Origin: Acidimicrobiia bacterium
GTDB taxonomy: Bacteria; Actinomycetota; Acidimicrobiia; Spongiisociales; ZC4RG35
NCBI GenBank assembly: GCA_035304485.1
Contig: DATGPZ010000082.1
Coordinates: forward strand, 570-64,569
DNA length: 64,000 nucleotides
Direction: 5' to 3'
The notes below the pieces were generated by a model. That model was given only the letters and a program-made list of their open reading frames with translations, did no database searches and was not told where the DNA came from. Position 1 is the first letter of the stretch. Every line of letters starts with the position of its first letter. Made by a program: the position numbers and the translations under genes. Positions 19,015 to 29,186 of this stretch are shown here, in pieces.

Positions 19015-19527
19015 ATGAAAAGGACAATCGTCACCGCCACTCTCCTGATGGGAGTTGTTCTGGTGTTGGGGGCGTGCGATTCCGACGAGGCCCAGATCAC
19101 CACCACGACGCTCGACGCTTCGCTGTTGACCACGACCACCACTGTCCCTGACCAGTCCAGCGAGACCACTCAGGCGCCCGGCACCACCCAGCCTCCGGCC
19201 GATCAGATCGAGAGCTGGGAAGTGATCAATCGCACCTCCGATGAGGAAGGCGAGACCCTCTACATCCTCGTGCCTCCCGGCAACTACTCCGACGTCAGCA
19301 TCGAGAACTTCCTCGGCACCCTCCTGGAGGAGGAGGCAGCCGTCGCGGGGGTCGAGGTGTTCGACGATCGAGCGGCTCTAGACGCAGCCCTGATCGATGA
19401 GAGCGAACGCACCGACGAACAGACCGCCCTCATCGACGAGCACCACCTGGTGAGTCTGAGGGAGGGACGTCAGGTCGATTTCCAGGGGCCGATGTCGGAC
19501 TACTCGGACTTCGTCCTCGGCTCCTGA
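19015..19527 (+). CDS. Hypothetical lipoprotein
   Basis: 170 aa. Signal peptide with lipobox LGAC, and a Thr-rich acidic mature region. Confidence 0.55.
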   Translation: MKRTIVTATLLMGVVLVLGACDSDEAQITTTTLDASLLTTTTTVPDQSSETTQAPGTTQPPADQIESWEVINRTSDEEGETLYILVPPGNYSDVSIENFLGTLLEEEAAVAGVEVFDDRAALDAALIDESERTDEQTALIDEHHLVSLREGRQVDFQGPMSDYSDFVLGS

Positions 19528-19529
19528 GC

Positions 19530-20936
19530 TCAGAGAACGAGGCTGGCGACGAGGAGAAAGCCTCCGAAGCCCATCACGTCGGTGACGAACGTGAGAAAGA
19601 TCGAGGAGGCGAGTGCCGGATCCAGCCCCAACCTGCGCAGCAGCAGCGGTATGGCCGCGCCGACCGTGGTGGCGACCGACAGGCTCGCCATGACCGCCAG
19701 CCCGATCGCCAACGCGATTCGGAGCGTGGATATGCCCTTTCCGTCCAGCACTTCGGATGCCACCAGCAGGTAGGTCACGAGCCCCGCAGCCAGTGATACC
19801 CCCAGCCCGACGAGCAGTCCGATTCTGAGTTGACGGCCGAGGATGGCGATGATCCTCGACACAGGAACGTCGTCGGAGGCGAGGGAGCGGATCACGACCG
19901 CCAGGCTCTGGGTTCCGGCGTTGCCTCCCAAGAGCGCCACCACTGGCATCAAGGCGGCCAGCACCGGGATTCGGGTGATGATCCCGGTTTGCTGTTCGAT
20001 CACCAGCGCCACCGCGAGGCCCAGGAGCAGGTTTATCAACAGCCAGGGGAGGCGCATCCGGGCCGACCGAAGCACGTTCGAGTAGACGTTCTCCTCCGCG
20101 CCGGCGCCGACTGCGGTGGCGAAGTCCTCCGACGCCTCCTCCTGAACGGCTTCCAGCACGGCGTCGGTGGTCACCATCCCCAGCAGCCGCCCGTCGTCGT
20201 CGGTGACCGGGACCCCGAAGAGGTGGTATCGCTGCACCAGCTCGGCCACTTCCTCCCGGTCGGCGAAAGCGGTCACCGAGACCGGATCGGCCACCATCGC
20301 CTCGTCGAGACCCGAACCGGGCCGCTCGAACACGAGGTCCCGGAAGGAGATGACGCCTTTGAGCCTGTGATCGTCGTCGATCACGTACACGTATGACAGG
20401 TCATCCAGCTCGTCGTTGAGGACCCGAATGCGCTCGATCGCCTCTCCCACCGTCAGACCGATGGGAAGGACGGCGACGTCCTGGCTCATCAGCCCACCGG
20501 CGGAGTCGGGGGGATAGACGAGGAGGCGACGGACCGCGTCTGCCTCCTCGGAGCTCATGGCTCCGAGAACGACCTCGGCTGCATCCTCGGGGAGCTCGCC
20601 GATCAAGTCGGCGGCGTCCTCGGGGTCCATGCTGTCGAGGGCCGATGCGGCCGTTTCGACTGGAAGCTCGACGAGGATGTCGGCTGCCAGCTCGGGTGAG
20701 ATCTCTTCCAAGATCACGGCCGCGTCACCCGGCTCCATGTCTCCGAGGAGTTCCACGGCCGCTTCCTCGGACAGCTCCTCCAACACGTCGGCGGCGTCGC
20801 CAGGGACCGACTCGACCAGGGCTTCCCATTCGGCCGGGCGCGTCTCGAGGTATTCCTCGACCTCTTCCCGGTCGACGCGTGCTGCTCGCAGCAAGGCGCG
20901 GGCGAGACGGCGCGGGCTCTGGAGCCGGAGCTTCAT
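19530..20936 (-). CDS. mgtE: Magnesium transporter MgtE
   Basis: 468 aa. MgtE N-domain, tandem CBS domains, and the C-terminal MgtE membrane domain. Confidence 0.85.
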   Translation of the reverse strand: MKLRLQSPRRLARALLRAARVDREEVEEYLETRPAEWEALVESVPGDAADVLEELSEEAAVELLGDMEPGDAAVILEEISPELAADILVELPVETAASALDSMDPEDAADLIGELPEDAAEVVLGAMSSEEADAVRRLLVYPPDSAGGLMSQDVAVLPIGLTVGEAIERIRVLNDELDDLSYVYVIDDDHRLKGVISFRDLVFERPGSGLDEAMVADPVSVTAFADREEVAELVQRYHLFGVPVTDDDGRLLGMVTTDAVLEAVQEEASEDFATAVGAGAEENVYSNVLRSARMRLPWLLINLLLGLAVALVIEQQTGIITRIPVLAALMPVVALLGGNAGTQSLAVVIRSLASDDVPVSRIIAILGRQLRIGLLVGLGVSLAAGLVTYLLVASEVLDGKGISTLRIALAIGLAVMASLSVATTVGAAIPLLLRRLGLDPALASSIFLTFVTDVMGFGGFLLVASLVL

Positions 20937-21063
20937 AGGTGGGTCAGATTAAGGGCAAGCGCGTGCGGAGACGCGTCAGGCTCGGCACCGTCCGTGCGGC
21001 ACCGATCACGGTCCGATGTGGATCGTCCCTAGCCGCCCGCGCGCCGGTGGGGCAGAGCGAACT

Positions 21064-21540
21064 TCATTCGCGATAGGGCTCGACTGCCTTTATCTCTACC
21101 GCGAACTCACCACCGGGTGCTTTGTAGGTGACCTTGTCGCCCACCCGCTTGCCCATCAGCGCCGATCCCAGTGGGCCGTCCGGTGAGGCCAGGAGCAATC
21201 CCGGCACCTTGTTCTCCACCGTGGCCACGAAGTACTGCAATTCGTCACCGTCGTCGTCCACCACGGTGACCACACTGCCGATCTGGACTGTGCCGTCGTC
21301 GGTCGCTTCACGGACCTCTGCTCGCTGCAGGAGAGCTTCGATCTGGCGAATACGAGCCTCCATGAGACCCTGGTCGTTCTTGGCGGCGTCGTAATCGGCG
21401 TTCTCGCGCAGGTCGCCATGGGACCGCGCCTCGGCGATGCGGGCTTCGATCTCCGCTCGACCCTCGGTCTTGAGATGCTCGAGCTCACGGGTGAGTTTCT
21501 CGTGAGCTTCGGGAGTAAGCCAGGTGGTCTCTTCCTTCAT
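21064..21540 (-). CDS. greA: Transcription elongation factor GreA
   Basis: 158 aa. GreA coiled-coil N-domain and FKBP-like C-domain. Confidence 0.9.
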   Translation of the reverse strand: MKEETTWLTPEAHEKLTRELEHLKTEGRAEIEARIAEARSHGDLRENADYDAAKNDQGLMEARIRQIEALLQRAEVREATDDGTVQIGSVVTVVDDDGDELQYFVATVENKVPGLLLASPDGPLGSALMGKRVGDKVTYKAPGGEFAVEIKAVEPYRE

Positions 21541-21616
21541 GAGCGCGAAACGTTAGAGCTGCGCAGGCCCTACGGCTACTTCATCGGGCCGGGGTCAGAG
21601 GCGATACCGTGGAGAC

Positions 21617-22642
21617 ATGGAAGAGATCCGCCTCACGGCGTTCAGTCACGGCGCTGGTTGAGCCTGCAAGCTCGGCAGCGCCGAGCTGGCACAGGTTCTG
21701 TCGCCGTTGAAAACCCACCCCGCTGTGACCCATCCCGATCTGGTGGTCGGCCTGGGCACGGCTGACGATGCCGGAGTCTTCTTGGTCCCCGGCTCGCCCG
21801 AGCGCGCCCTCGTCCAGACGGTGGATTTCTTCACGCCGATCGTGGACGACCCGGGTGATTGGGGGCGGATCGCGGCTGCCAACGCTCTCTCGGACGTCTA
21901 TGCGATGGGGGGTTCACCTCTGACCGCCCTCCAGCTCCTGGGCTGGCCGCGAGACACGATTCCTTTCGAAGTGGCGACGCAGGTGTTGCGAGGTGGCGCC
22001 GACAAGATGGTCGAGGCCGGGTGCGTGATAGTGGGTGGCCATTCCATCGACGATGCCGAGCCGACCTTTGGCTTCGCCGTGACGGGGATGGTGGCGGTGT
22101 CGGAGGTGGTGACGAATGCAGGGGCGCGACCGGGCGACTCGCTGGTGCTGACCAAGCCTCTCGGGTCGGGCGTGGTCGCCACCGCCCACAAAGCCGGCCG
22201 ATGTCCCCCGGACGTTCTCGAGGAGATGGTCGACGTGATGGCGCGACTCAACCGGGTCGCCGGTGAAGCTCTTGCCTCTCATGGCGCCCACGCAGCCACC
22301 GACGTGACCGGCTTCGGACTGCTGGGCCACCTGTTGGAGATGGTCGACGCCTCGGGTGTGGGCGCCGAGGTCCAAACAGAGGCTGTCCCGGTCGTGGAAG
22401 GCGTTCGTGGGCTCTGGGAGGAGGGGTTCTACCCAGGAGGTAGCCGCCGCAACCTGGAGGCGATCCGAGCCCGGGTGGGAGGTGAGTCTCCGGTTCTCCC
22501 GTTGCTGGCCGACGCCCAAACATCCGGGGGCCTCCTGGTCGCTCTGCCTCCCGATCGGGTGGAGGGGTATGTCGAGGCGGTCCCCGGCGCCACGGTCATC
22601 GGTCGCGTCACGGATCGGCCGGGAACGCTGGACCTCACTTGA
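21617..22642 (+). CDS. selD: Selenide, water dikinase (selenophosphate synthetase) with in-frame UGA selenocysteine codon at 21659-21661
   Basis: The track ORF starts at TTG 21707 and lacks the catalytic N-terminus. Extending upstream in frame to ATG 21617 gives [28 protein letters not shown], which aligns to the E. coli SelD N-terminus ([18 protein letters not shown]) with the UGA at the Cys/Sec17 position. A hairpin agctcggc-agc-gccgagct lies about 6 nt downstream of the UGA. Confidence 0.8.
21662..21690 (+). other. Candidate SECIS-like stem-loop immediately 3' of the selD UGA
   Basis: Perfect 8-bp stem agctcggc/gccgagct starting about 6 nt after the UGA. Confidence 0.45.
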
Positions 22643-22694
22643 CTCCAGCCCCCGGTTGTCAGGAGACAGCGCCTACGTAGTTACCGTGACGGTC

Positions 22695-23120
22695 ATGGAG
22701 CCCCGCGAGCGTCTCCGTCACATCGCCAACGCGCTATCGATCCCCTCGGTCCAGCGTCACATCTTCTTGTGTGCCGGCCAGAGCACGCCGAAGTGTGCGC
22801 CGCGCGAAATCACGGACGAAGTGTGGGCGCATCTCAAGAGCCGGCTCAAGCGACTGGGGCTGGCGACGGCGCCGCCCCGCTGGCGTGACAACCAATCACT
22901 CGAGGCGGATCCGGAACCGCGGGGCGAAGGGCGGGTGCTGCGGAGCAAGGTCGACTGTCTTCGGATATGCGAGTCCGGGCCGATCTGTGTCGTCTATCCG
23001 GAAGGTACCTGGTACTTCGGGGTGACCGTCGAGGTCATGGACCGGATCATCGACGAGCATCTGATCGGAGGCCGACCCGTCACCGACCACGTCTTTGCCA
23101 CAGGAGGCCTGGGATGGTGA
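22695..23120 (+). CDS. Thioredoxin-like [2Fe-2S] ferredoxin family protein
   Basis: 141 aa from MEPRERL. Motifs [13 protein letters not shown] and [20 protein letters not shown] match TRX-like ferredoxins. The longer track ORF is over-extended. Confidence 0.6.
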   Translation: MEPRERLRHIANALSIPSVQRHIFLCAGQSTPKCAPREITDEVWAHLKSRLKRLGLATAPPRWRDNQSLEADPEPRGEGRVLRSKVDCLRICESGPICVVYPEGTWYFGVTVEVMDRIIDEHLIGGRPVTDHVFATGGLGW

Positions 23121-24019
23121 AGTGGCTCCGGCGTGGGCTCGTGGCCTGGGTGTTGGCGCGCTTGTTGGGACCTGCCGTCACCCCGAGTTTCCGACCCGGC
23201 CAGGAGCATCCCTGGCGAGTGCCGGGGCGCACGGTGTTCGTGGGAGACAACGAGTTCCTCGTGCGCGAAGTGGGCGACCCCGAGGCTCCGCCCATCGTTC
23301 TCCTCCACGGTTTGGCGGGGTCCTCGCTGGCCGAGTGGTACCGCGTGGGGCGTCTGCTGGCCACGACCCACCGGGTCGTGATCGTCGACAATCGGAGCCA
23401 CGGGCTCTCACCGCAGAGTCGCGGACGGTTCGAAGTCGAGGACGTGGCGGACGAAGTGGCGGCGATCCTGGACATCCTCGAGGTGGGTCCGGCCACCGTC
23501 GTCGGGTACTCGATGGGCGGCACCATCGCCCAGGCCCTGGCCTACCGCCATCCCGGGCGAGTCAAAGCCCTGGTCCTCATCGCCACGTTCGCCGGCCATC
23601 CGCGCCTGCATCGACTGTTCCGGGTGGCGGGACTGATGCTGGCTCGCGGGTGGGAGCGGCTCACGGGGACGGGCACACCCGAAGTCCGATTCGCCTACCT
23701 GCTCGGTACTGGCGCGGTGGACCGAGAGCACGCTCGCTGGTTGTGGGAAGAGACCCATCGCCGGGACCCGGATGCCGGTGCCCAAGCCGCTTTCGCCATG
23801 ATGCGGTTCGATGGTCGAGAGTGGCTGGGGCGGTTGAAGCTTCCGGTCACGGTCGTGATCCCCTCCCGCGACCAGCTGGTTCCGCCGCTGTGGCAGTACC
23901 GGCTGGCGGGTGAGTTGGCCGACGCCGAGGTCGTCGAGGTGACGGGGGCGCGACATGAGCTGCCCTGGACCCACCCCGAGCTGGTGGCCGAAGTGATCGA
24001 ACGCGCGGCGAAGGTCTGA
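23117..24019 (+). CDS. Alpha/beta-fold hydrolase
   Basis: Start MVKWLRRG. Nucleophile elbow GYSMGG, HGLAGS oxyanion-region motif. ATGGTGA-coupled to the ferredoxin gene. Confidence 0.65.
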   Translation: MKWLRRGLVAWVLARLLGPAVTPSFRPGQEHPWRVPGRTVFVGDNEFLVREVGDPEAPPIVLLHGLAGSSLAEWYRVGRLLATTHRVVIVDNRSHGLSPQSRGRFEVEDVADEVAAILDILEVGPATVVGYSMGGTIAQALAYRHPGRVKALVLIATFAGHPRLHRLFRVAGLMLARGWERLTGTGTPEVRFAYLLGTGAVDREHARWLWEETHRRDPDAGAQAAFAMMRFDGREWLGRLKLPVTVVIPSRDQLVPPLWQYRLAGELADAEVVEVTGARHELPWTHPELVAEVIERAAKV

Positions 24020-24025
24020 TCGGTT

Positions 24026-26512
24026 TCAGCCGGTCGGATCGAGAATCAGCGTGGCGTCGGCGTCGAAGCCGGCGGGGTCGAAAGGCAGGGGTCGGGTCCG
24101 GCCCGCTACCCAGTCCTCGTTCATGTCGAAGTAGTTGCGGTGGAAGACGTGGCCGGACTGTCCGGTGGTGTGTACACCGACCGAGTTCGCCAGGTCCGAG
24201 AGGTCGATGACCATTCGCATCGACGGGAGCGAGGCGACCTCGTAGCCCTCCGAGGCGATCCAGCCGCTGGCATTCACGATCGACGACCCACCGCTCACAT
24301 CGGGGGTGGCGGAGCGATTGAAGAGGCGCTCGATCGGAGCGATTCCCGACTGTCCGAGGGTCTGGTTCTCGAAGTCGGCACGGTGGAGATCGCCCCATCT
24401 CCACGAATCGGGGTCATCTCCCAACGCTTCGAGTAGCTCCGCCTGAGCGGCCGAGGCGGCGCGGTGGAGGATGTCGTCGCGGGTCTCGGGTTCCTCGGTG
24501 CCAGTGTCGTCCCACCAGGCCGCTTGCGGATCGTCGAGCAGGCGGCGCACGATCTCGAAGTAGCGGCTGTTGCCACCGGCGGCGTGGTCCTCAGGGAGTT
24601 CCTCGAACGTCGAACCCAGGAGATGTCTCCACACGGCGGCATACGCGGCCGCTCCGGGGCTGTCGGCGTCCATCTGATATGGCCGCTCGCTCGCTTGCCA
24701 CGCCGTCAGGACACTCATCAGGTCATCCAGGGCGGGGTCGTCGACGTGGTCGAGGAGGGCCGGGACCACGAAGGTTGCAGAGGCGTCGTGGTTGTCCATT
24801 TGGATACGCGACATGTCATCGACCGTGAGGTCGTCGCCGGCCTCGGACAGCAAGTCGGCGATTCGTTTCGCCCGGTAGCCGTAGTCGTGGTCTACCCCGA
24901 TGAACACCGGGTAGTCGTCGCCAACTACCGGTTGGTTGGCGGTCACGATCATCCCCGAAGGAGGATCCAGCACGGATGGGAGGTCCTCGAACGGGACCAG
25001 GCCCGTCCATTCGTGGTCGGAGGTCCAACCCGGCACCGGATAGCGTCCATCTCCGGATCGGCGGATCGGTATCTCGCCAGTGGCCTGATATCCGATGTGG
25101 CCGTCGACGTCGGCGTAGACCAGGTTCTGAGGTGCTATGTCGAAGAGGGAGGCGGCCTCCCGGAACTCCTCCCAGTCGGAGGCGAGGTTGATCTGGAGCA
25201 AGGCCTGGAAGAGCGTGGCAGGTTCCAGGGCCTGCCACGCGAGGGCCACCTCGTAGTCGGAATCGTCGGGAGACAGGTCCTCTTCGATCCCGTCGACGGT
25301 TCCGAAGCGACCCGAGATGATCGGGCCGTGTCGGGTAGTGCGGACCTCGATATCGACATCGGCACCACCCGCGACGGCGATGGTCTCGGTCCGGATCTCC
25401 ATTTCCTCCCATTCGTCGTCGACCATGTACCGGTCGCCGTCGACCCGTTCGACGAACAGGTCCATCGTGTCTGGTCCCTCGTTGGTGACTCCCCAGGCGA
25501 TGCGTTCGTTGTGGCCGATCACCACGCCCGGAGCACCCGGAAAGGTGAACCCCGTCACGCGGAACGGGCAGTCCTCGCTGACCTCCTCGCACCACAGGGT
25601 CGCCTGATACCAGATCGACGGCAGCTGTATTCCCAGATGAGGATCGTCGGCCAGGATCGGGGCACCGGTGGCGGTCCGAGAACCCGCCACCACCCAGCTG
25701 TTGGACCCGATCCCCTCGAAAGGCCCGCCCAGCGGTCCGACCACCGAGGCGTTGGAGGCCGCCCGCGCCAGAGCCTCGTGTGCGGCAGCAGGCAGCGTCG
25801 GCCCCGTTCGTTGCGCGGTCAGATGATCCCCGACGATCGGCGGATGGTCGGTTCGGTGTGGGGGATACAGGTCCTCGGCCATGGCCTCGCCCAGTTCGGA
25901 AGCGACGGCGGTGCGGGCGATCTCCTCCTCCAGATTGGAACGCAGGTCCCAGGCCATCACGTGGGCCCATGTCAGCGAATCGACCGGATCCCACGGTTCC
26001 GGGCGGTATCCCCGGTTCTGGATTCCCAATACCCCGTACTCGAAGGACAAGGCGGTGCCTCCGGGACGTTCCGCCAAGTAGGCATTCACTCCCGCGGCGT
26101 ATGCGTCGAGGACCTCCCGTGTCTCTTCCGGCATGGTGTCGTAGGCGGCCTGGGCGGCGTGCTCGAATCCGAGGGTTCGGAGAAAGATGTCGGTCTCCAC
26201 CTGCCCGGAGCCGAACATCTCGGAGAGCCTGCCGGCGCCGATGTGCCGCCAGGTGTCCATCTGCCAGAACCGGTCCTGGGCGTGCACGTAGCCCTGGGCC
26301 ATGAAGAGGTCGGCGGTGTTGGAAGCAGTGATGTGAGGGATGCCGGCCCGATCCCGCATGACCGTCACGGGGCTCTGTAGTCCGGGAACCTCGATCTCGC
26401 CGTCGACCACGGGAAACGACCGCCGAACCATCCAGGTGCCGACCCCGATTCCGATCAGGATCAGCACCAGCAGCGTGACGACGAGACCACGGAGTATGCG
26501 CATCGGAGCCAC
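24026..26512 (-). CDS. Penicillin acylase family protein (Ntn-hydrolase, penicillin amidase-like)
   Basis: 828 aa. N-terminal TM/signal. Conserved penicillin amidase blocks (FMAQGYVHAQDRFWQMD, SNSWVVAG). Confidence 0.8.
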   Translation of the reverse strand: MAPMRILRGLVVTLLVLILIGIGVGTWMVRRSFPVVDGEIEVPGLQSPVTVMRDRAGIPHITASNTADLFMAQGYVHAQDRFWQMDTWRHIGAGRLSEMFGSGQVETDIFLRTLGFEHAAQAAYDTMPEETREVLDAYAAGVNAYLAERPGGTALSFEYGVLGIQNRGYRPEPWDPVDSLTWAHVMAWDLRSNLEEEIARTAVASELGEAMAEDLYPPHRTDHPPIVGDHLTAQRTGPTLPAAAHEALARAASNASVVGPLGGPFEGIGSNSWVVAGSRTATGAPILADDPHLGIQLPSIWYQATLWCEEVSEDCPFRVTGFTFPGAPGVVIGHNERIAWGVTNEGPDTMDLFVERVDGDRYMVDDEWEEMEIRTETIAVAGGADVDIEVRTTRHGPIISGRFGTVDGIEEDLSPDDSDYEVALAWQALEPATLFQALLQINLASDWEEFREAASLFDIAPQNLVYADVDGHIGYQATGEIPIRRSGDGRYPVPGWTSDHEWTGLVPFEDLPSVLDPPSGMIVTANQPVVGDDYPVFIGVDHDYGYRAKRIADLLSEAGDDLTVDDMSRIQMDNHDASATFVVPALLDHVDDPALDDLMSVLTAWQASERPYQMDADSPGAAAYAAVWRHLLGSTFEELPEDHAAGGNSRYFEIVRRLLDDPQAAWWDDTGTEEPETRDDILHRAASAAQAELLEALGDDPDSWRWGDLHRADFENQTLGQSGIAPIERLFNRSATPDVSGGSSIVNASGWIASEGYEVASLPSMRMVIDLSDLANSVGVHTTGQSGHVFHRNYFDMNEDWVAGRTRPLPFDPAGFDADATLILDPTG

Positions 26513-26588
26513 AATCTAGACATCCCGCCGGGAACCGCACCTGCGTCGCGACTTGTCCTAAGGGCGGCCCCCGGGCGATAGTTGAACG

Positions 26589-26765
26589 ATGTCGGGCCTC
26601 CTCCCCGTCGTGTCGGCGCACTTGGGCGGGATCGACGAGATCGCCGTCTTCGTAGTCCCGGCTGCGCTCGTGATCATGTTCATGCGACGGCAAGAGCGCC
26701 GGGCTCGTGAGAGACAGGCGGCGGAAGCCGCCCACGACGTCGAGAGGCCTGCCAGCGACCACTAA
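26589..26765 (+). CDS. Possible small (58 aa) single-pass membrane protein
   Basis: ATG-initiated ORF MSGLLPVVSAHLGGIDEIAVFVVPAALVIMFMRRQERRAR... in the penicillin acylase / membrane protein intergenic region. Below the ORF-track size cutoff. No homology evidence. Confidence 0.25.
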   Translation: MSGLLPVVSAHLGGIDEIAVFVVPAALVIMFMRRQERRARERQAAEAAHDVERPASDH

Positions 26766-26777
26766 GCTCCTGACCCG

Positions 26778-28010
26778 ATGAGTGATCAGCTCACCGCAGC
26801 CGCTCAGGCGATGAACGTCCCCGAGCCCATCGTCGAACGCTCGGCCCGCGCCAGGGCCGAGGCGAGCGGTTCTAGCTATGAAGAGGTTCTCGCCGCCTGG
26901 GCTGGGGGTCAGGCCGTGGCCGCCTCGGCACCCGCTCCGGTCGCCGAGGAGGCTCCACCTCCTACCTCCGAACCCGAGCCGGAAGCACCGGCCGAACAGG
27001 CCCCGGCCGCTCCGGCGGCGCCGGAAGCACAGCCGGCTCCGATTCCCGTCGCGGCCGCCGTGGAGGTCGCCGAGGAAGAGGAGGAAGACGTCGAGCCGCT
27101 CCCGCTCGGTGTCCGCGTCTCCCTGGCGGGCAAGATCGGTGCCTGGACCGGGGCCGTCCTGGGCCTCCTCGGATTCGTGCTGGCCTCGACGTGGCTCCTG
27201 GGAGCCGCCTCTGTCGCCGGCGAGGAAGGTGCCTACGGGCCTGCGGTCGAGGTGACCACCTCTCGCGTCTTCCTCGGGGTGGCGTTGCTCTCCATCGTGT
27301 TCGGTGTCGTCGTCGCCAGCTTCAGCCGGGCCGCCGCCGCTTGGCTTCGGCCAGGTGCTCGCCTGGAGGGGCGGTTCACCGCGACGGTCGTTCTGGGAGC
27401 CGTGCTCGGCCTGGTACTCGGCATCGTCGCCGGCGCGGTCATGACCTCGGCTTTCGGCGAACCGCTCGAGGGCAGCGAGGGCATGGCACTGATGCGAGTG
27501 ATCCCGAGCATCTTCGTGGTCCTGATCGGGGGCGCCTTGTTGGGGTGGGTGACCGCCGCCCTGGTCCAGGTGATCGGTGTTCCGGCGGGCATCGACGAGG
27601 AGTCCGCCGCCGAAGTCGCCGATGTCCGGGGGCGTCTCGCCGCGGCCGTCAGTATCCCGGTGGTCGCGATCCTCATCCTGGCGACCCTGGTCCTGCCTCT
27701 CGGCATCGTGTTCATCCGCTCGAACGAGATGACAGGCGGAGCTGCCGCTCTCCTCGCGGTCTTTGCCGCTGGATCCATCCTCGGGGTGGCTTCTCTCTCC
27801 GCCAGCCGTCCGACCATGAAGGTCGGTTTGGGTGAGTTCTTGGTGGCGGCGGCAGGCATCGCCACGGTGGTCTTGATCATCTTCGCGGTCGTCCAGACTC
27901 AAGCCGGGCCCTCCGAGGAGGAAGCCGAGGGGGAGGCCACCGAGACCACGGTGACCGAAGAGGGCGCCACCGACGACACCGAGGCCGTGCTTCGGTACCA
28001 CTTCGCCTGA
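26778..28010 (+). CDS. Hypothetical polytopic membrane protein with Pro/Ala-rich linker
   Basis: 410 aa. Soluble N-terminal segment, PAPEAQPAP low-complexity linker, then 6 or more predicted TM helices. Adjacent to the caa3 oxidase operon. Confidence 0.5.
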   Translation: MSDQLTAAAQAMNVPEPIVERSARARAEASGSSYEEVLAAWAGGQAVAASAPAPVAEEAPPPTSEPEPEAPAEQAPAAPAAPEAQPAPIPVAAAVEVAEEEEEDVEPLPLGVRVSLAGKIGAWTGAVLGLLGFVLASTWLLGAASVAGEEGAYGPAVEVTTSRVFLGVALLSIVFGVVVASFSRAAAAWLRPGARLEGRFTATVVLGAVLGLVLGIVAGAVMTSAFGEPLEGSEGMALMRVIPSIFVVLIGGALLGWVTAALVQVIGVPAGIDEESAAEVADVRGRLAAAVSIPVVAILILATLVLPLGIVFIRSNEMTGGAAALLAVFAAGSILGVASLSASRPTMKVGLGEFLVAAAGIATVVLIIFAVVQTQAGPSEEEAEGEATETTVTEEGATDDTEAVLRYHFA

Positions 28011-28209
28011 GCCGGCTCCTTCGAGACGATCGTCGGCCACCCAGCACATCGACGGGGCGTCGAATGGTCGGCGATGCGCCGGGATTCCCGAACGGATTCG
28101 AGGACGGGCCCTTTCCAGGCGCAGGGAGACGACCTCTCCCGTCGAGGATGGTCGATCTGGTGGGCTCTCGGTCCTGGGTCCCCGACCCTCGTGCCGGCCG
28201 GTGGCCGGG

Positions 28210-28524
28210 TCAGGCTGCCCGGATGACGATGATTCCCATCGCCGCCAGCACCACGCCGTAGAGGAACAGCGCCATGACGAATCCGGCGCCGAAGAAGCGG
28301 TTGAGCAGGGGCCGTTCGAAGCGTAGGTGCATGTACCAGCCCACCACGATCACGAACTTGAGGAGGGCGAGGATGATGAGGAGAACGACGTTGATGGTTC
28401 CCAGCTCCAGCGCCTCGTCGATGTAGAAGAGAGCGACCTCGATGGCCGTGAGCACCGCCAGGAGACCGGCGATCTTCCAGTACTGGCCGATGGTTGGATG
28501 CTGATGTTCGGTGTGCTCAGCCAT
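28210..28524 (-). CDS. ctaF: Cytochrome c oxidase subunit IV (caa3-type, CtaF-like)
   Basis: 104 aa, 3 TM helices. Position is downstream of ctaE. Confidence 0.6.
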   Translation of the reverse strand: MAEHTEHQHPTIGQYWKIAGLLAVLTAIEVALFYIDEALELGTINVVLLIILALLKFVIVVGWYMHLRFERPLLNRFFGAGFVMALFLYGVVLAAMGIIVIRAA

Positions 28525-28562
28525 GGCAGCTCACTCCCGACTCCTCGATACCGACTTGCGAC

Positions 28563-29186
28563 TCACCCGAGCCTCGCCGCATCGATCAGATAGACGACCG
28601 TGAAGATGACGATCCAGATGATGTCGACGAAGTGCCAGTAGAGACCGACCATCTCGAGGTTCATTCCCCGCTTCTCGGAGAGGCTCCCCTTGAAACGGGA
28701 GATGCCCCACAGAGAGAGGAGCATGACGATCCCCACGGCGACGTGGAAGCCGTGGAAGCCGGTGAGCATGTAGAACGCCGAGGTCACCGGGTTGGTGGTC
28801 AGCTTCATGTCGTAGTGGGTGATGAACTCCGTGAACTCGAAGACCTGGCCCGCCAGGAACACCGAGCCCAGGGCGGCAGTGGCGAATATCCACGTCCGGG
28901 CTTGCGCCTGGTCGTCCCTGGAGAGGGCGTTGTGGGCCAGCACCATCGTCAGTGAGCTCATCAGCAACACGAACGAGCTCACCGAGGTGAAGGGGATGTC
29001 GTAGATCTCCGCCGGGTAGATCGAGAACCCGGGTCGGTAGGTGTAGAGCAGGTAGTTGGTGATCAGGGCTCCGAAGAAGAGGAACTCGGAGCTGAGGAAG
29101 ACCCACATGCCCAGCTTGCGGTTGTCGACCCCGGTCGATTCGTGCTCGGCGTGTGCCACGGTGCCCTCGTGGGCCAGGTCGGCCAT
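28563..29186 (-). CDS. ctaE: Cytochrome c oxidase subunit III
   Basis: 207 aa. Conserved COX3 blocks (GFHGFHV, YWHFVD). Confidence 0.85.
   Translation of the reverse strand: MADLAHEGTVAHAEHESTGVDNRKLGMWVFLSSEFLFFGALITNYLLYTYRPGFSIYPAEIYDIPFTSVSSFVLLMSSLTMVLAHNALSRDDQAQARTWIFATAALGSVFLAGQVFEFTEFITHYDMKLTTNPVTSAFYMLTGFHGFHVAVGIVMLLSLWGISRFKGSLSEKRGMNLEMVGLYWHFVDIIWIVIFTVVYLIDAARLG

Noticed and set aside
18116-19027. 303-aa minus ORF with His/Arg-rich repeats
   Set aside because: It is antisense to the Ser/Thr-rich linker of the M23 peptidase. Its repetitive composition mirrors the sense-strand low-complexity region.
20937-21063. M-box (Mg2+) riboswitch upstream of mgtE
   Set aside because: The spacer is only about 127 nt and shows none of the conserved M-box helices or sequence blocks. 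It mostly contains the greA terminator region.
24816-28049. 1077-aa minus-strand ORF (Arg/Gly/Pro-rich)
   Set aside because: It is antisense to the well-supported penicillin acylase and membrane-protein genes. Low-complexity RG-rich composition is typical of high-GC antisense frames.
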